Shown here piece after piece: positions 62,120 to 64,000 of a stretch of 64,000 nucleotides of DNA. Numbering within the stretch: position 1 is the stretch's first letter; each line of letters opens with the position of its first letter. The stretch is from Vulcanimicrobiota bacterium (lineage in GTDB: Bacteria; Vulcanimicrobiota; Vulcanimicrobiia; Vulcanimicrobiales; Vulcanimicrobiaceae), in contig CAWHWQ010000002.1 in assembly GCA_963833095.1 (NCBI GenBank), positions 64,001 through 128,000 of the forward strand. Direction: 5' to 3'. The position numbers were made by a program, and so were the translations under genes. Under the pieces are notes generated by a model that saw nothing but the letters and a program-made list of their open reading frames with translations, did not search any database and had not been told where the DNA came from.

Positions 62120-62395
62120 TCACGGCGTTGGAGAAGCAACTGGCGTGCTGATTTGTATGCTGGGATCCCCGGGACCGCAGGGACGAAAGGAAAGATCGCC
62201 GCTGTCGTAGGCCTTACGCCAAACCGGTCCCATTTTGTTTGGATCCGCACTTGGCGTTTCGTGCGACCGCCCGACCGAATCTGCGACCGCTTTCGATTTC
62301 CAGACGAAGACGACGCAGTTGTACGGTGGCCGCGTCGCACTCGGCGTGGGCGAGGAAACGGTCGTGGCGGCAAGCAGTACGTATGGAAGCAACAT
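62120..62395 (-). CDS. Small secreted hypothetical protein
   Basis: Short hydrophobic start, SPTPS linker, two Cys. Confidence 0.5.
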   Translation of the reverse strand: MLLPYVLLAATTVSSPTPSATRPPYNCVVFVWKSKAVADSVGRSHETPSADPNKMGPVWRKAYDSGDLSFRPCGPGDPSIQISTPVASPTP

Positions 62396-62513
62396 CGAGG
62401 CATCTTCCCAGTCCTTAGGGCCTCCCCTTCGAGGCGCGCTAGGTTCTCAGGAACTCAGCATAGTCGTGACCCGCTTGTCGTCGAGGCTCGGCGTTGTCTA
62501 TACTGATCGGGCG

Positions 62514-62538
62514 ACCCTTCGACAAGCTCAGGGTGACA
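62514..62538. repeat. REP-like extragenic palindrome (single copy here)
   Basis: ACCCT-TCGACAAGCTC-AGGGT-GACA; resembles a repeat family recalled from other bacteria; multiplicity not visible in window. Confidence 0.5.
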
Positions 62539-62539
62539 A

Positions 62540-62975
62540 ATGATGATGAGGAAACTGCTCATTTCCGCAATTGCGCTCGGCGTTCTGTGTGCCTGTAGTG
62601 GTGCGAGCGCGATGACGCCGCCGGGTACGTCCACGCGATATATGTAGTACGCAGGCGGTTCCGCCATTCAATCTTGCGAGCCCCACCGCCGGTTCAACCG
62701 GAGTTTCGGACTCCACGTCGGCGCTACTGTTCACCGGAACGCTGTACACCGCGGTTGGACCACCGTCGATTAAGCTGTCGACGGCAGCAGGCGCCACGCA
62801 AACGTTGACAACCTTCAACTCAAGCTCGAACGGCTATAGCGTGCCGCTATCGAGCGCGCTCTCGCCGAGCACGATGTACACCGTGACCTATGTCGCCCAA
62901 CTCATTGCAAACGGCACGCAGACGCAATGCAGCTATACCGCGTCTGTCGACGAAGGTTCGTTTACAACGCAGTAA
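62540..62975 (+). CDS. Lipoprotein, one-base frameshift near 62636 (absent from ORF track)
   Basis: MRKLLISAIALGVLCAC lipobox; +1 frame continues DICSTQAVPPFNLASP..GSFTTQ; span 436 = 3n+1. Confidence 0.7.
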
Positions 62976-62976
62976 A

Positions 62977-63696
62977 CTAGCCGACGGCGGCGATAGCGTC
63001 GACGAGTTTGATCGTCCCTTTGTAGATCGCACTCGCGACGATGCACGAATCGACGGCCGCGGGCGCTTGCGCTTTGAGCGCGCGCAGATCCTCGATCGTG
63101 CGCGCTCCGCCGTTCGCCGTCACCAGCACGTCGGCGGCGCTCGCGACTTCGGTGAGCGCGACAATGTCGTACCCCTCGCCCATGCCGTCGCGCCGAATCT
63201 CGGTAAAGATAATCCGTTTGATGCCCCACATCGCTACGCGCTTGACCAGCGCATCGCGATCGACCGGCGTGTGTTCTTGCCAGCCGTGGGTCGCGACGTG
63301 CTTGCCGCGCGCATCGATACCGGCAATCACGCGTTCGCCGAAGCGCCCGATGATGGCGCGCGTCGCGCGCTCGTCATCCACCAGCATCGTGCCGAGCACA
63401 ATCTCCGAAACGCCGGCGTCGATGCGCTGTTGCGCTTTATCGAGCGTGCGAATACCGCCGCCGACTTGTACCGGCACATCGACCGCCTTGACGATCGCGC
63501 GCACGACCTCCATGTTGTCGCCGTGTCCAAACGCAGCATCGAGGTCGACCACGTGCAAACGACGCGCGCCCTGCGCGACGAAGGCTTTGGCTTGTGCAAC
63601 GGGATCGTCGGCATAGACGGTCGACGTCGAAATGTCGCCTCGCTCCATGCGGATACACTTCCCGCCGCGCAGATCGAGCGCCGGGATGACGATCAT
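62977..63696 (-). CDS. hisA: ProFAR isomerase HisA
   Basis: IPALDLRGGKCIR, LHVVDLDAA, QVGGGIR, RRDG. Confidence 0.92.
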   Translation of the reverse strand: MIVIPALDLRGGKCIRMERGDISTSTVYADDPVAQAKAFVAQGARRLHVVDLDAAFGHGDNMEVVRAIVKAVDVPVQVGGGIRTLDKAQQRIDAGVSEIVLGTMLVDDERATRAIIGRFGERVIAGIDARGKHVATHGWQEHTPVDRDALVKRVAMWGIKRIIFTEIRRDGMGEGYDIVALTEVASAADVLVTANGGARTIEDLRALKAQAPAAVDSCIVASAIYKGTIKLVDAIAAVG

Positions 63697-64000
63697 CCGC
63701 GCTGGCCGATCGGCACGAACGGCCCCGCCGGCGGTCCGCTGTAGGTGGCCTGCGGACGAATCAGCCGGTTGTCGTGCAACTGCTCGAGAATGTGCGCGGT
63801 CCAGCCGGCGACGCGGCCGCACGCAAACAAGCACGTGAATTCATCGCCCGGCATGCCGAGGTCAGCCAGCACCGGTGCGGTGTAGAAGTCGACGTTGGCG
63901 TAAATTTTGCGATCCGGTTTTTCTTCGGCCAGAATGCGCTGGCTTTGATTTTCCAATTCCCGCGCAATCGGATACCATTTGCTATTGCCGACGTGGTCGG
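63693..64000 (-). CDS. Citrate synthase / 2-methylcitrate synthase, C-terminal part
   Basis: YANVDFY, FACGRVAGWTAH, RLIRP. Confidence 0.9.
   Translation of the reverse strand, partial: DHVGNSKWYPIARELENQSQRILAEEKPDRKIYANVDFYTAPVLADLGMPGDEFTCLFACGRVAGWTAHILEQLHDNRLIRPQATYSGPPAGPFVPIGQRG

Overview
High-GC bacterial chromosomal window with core and accessory genes and no rRNA, tRNA, CRISPR array, transposase, integrase or prophage genes. Gene content and style suggest a Terrabacteria soil lineage, possibly Ca. Eremiobacterota (inference only). Core loci: aceA-aceB, infC(ATA start)-rpmI-rplT with an L20-leader-like attenuator, trmH-yqzL-pheS-pheT-cvpA, selD, hsp20-lon and groES-groEL (both with CIRCE elements), korAB-type oxidoreductase, rocD, mmsA, alr, hisA and the end of a citrate synthase gene. 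Best candidates for undescribed systems: (1) a ferritin-like/CDGSH/4Fe-4S/CDGSH fusion next to a secreted multicopper oxidase; (2) two REC-HD-GYP genes, both with HD changed to YD, bracketing a tandem pair of APC permeases; (3) tandem DUF6582-like genes coupled to a YciI-ECF sigma pair; (4) a selD-MFS-DUF4336 operon without other selenium genes. Many genes appear leaderless (TAnnnT, 6-7 nt, start codon) and several divergent pairs are only 13-16 bp apart. Seven single-base insertions (four in lon) most likely reflect sequencing error. A few genes look genuinely decayed. Family assignments come from motif recognition, not database searches.
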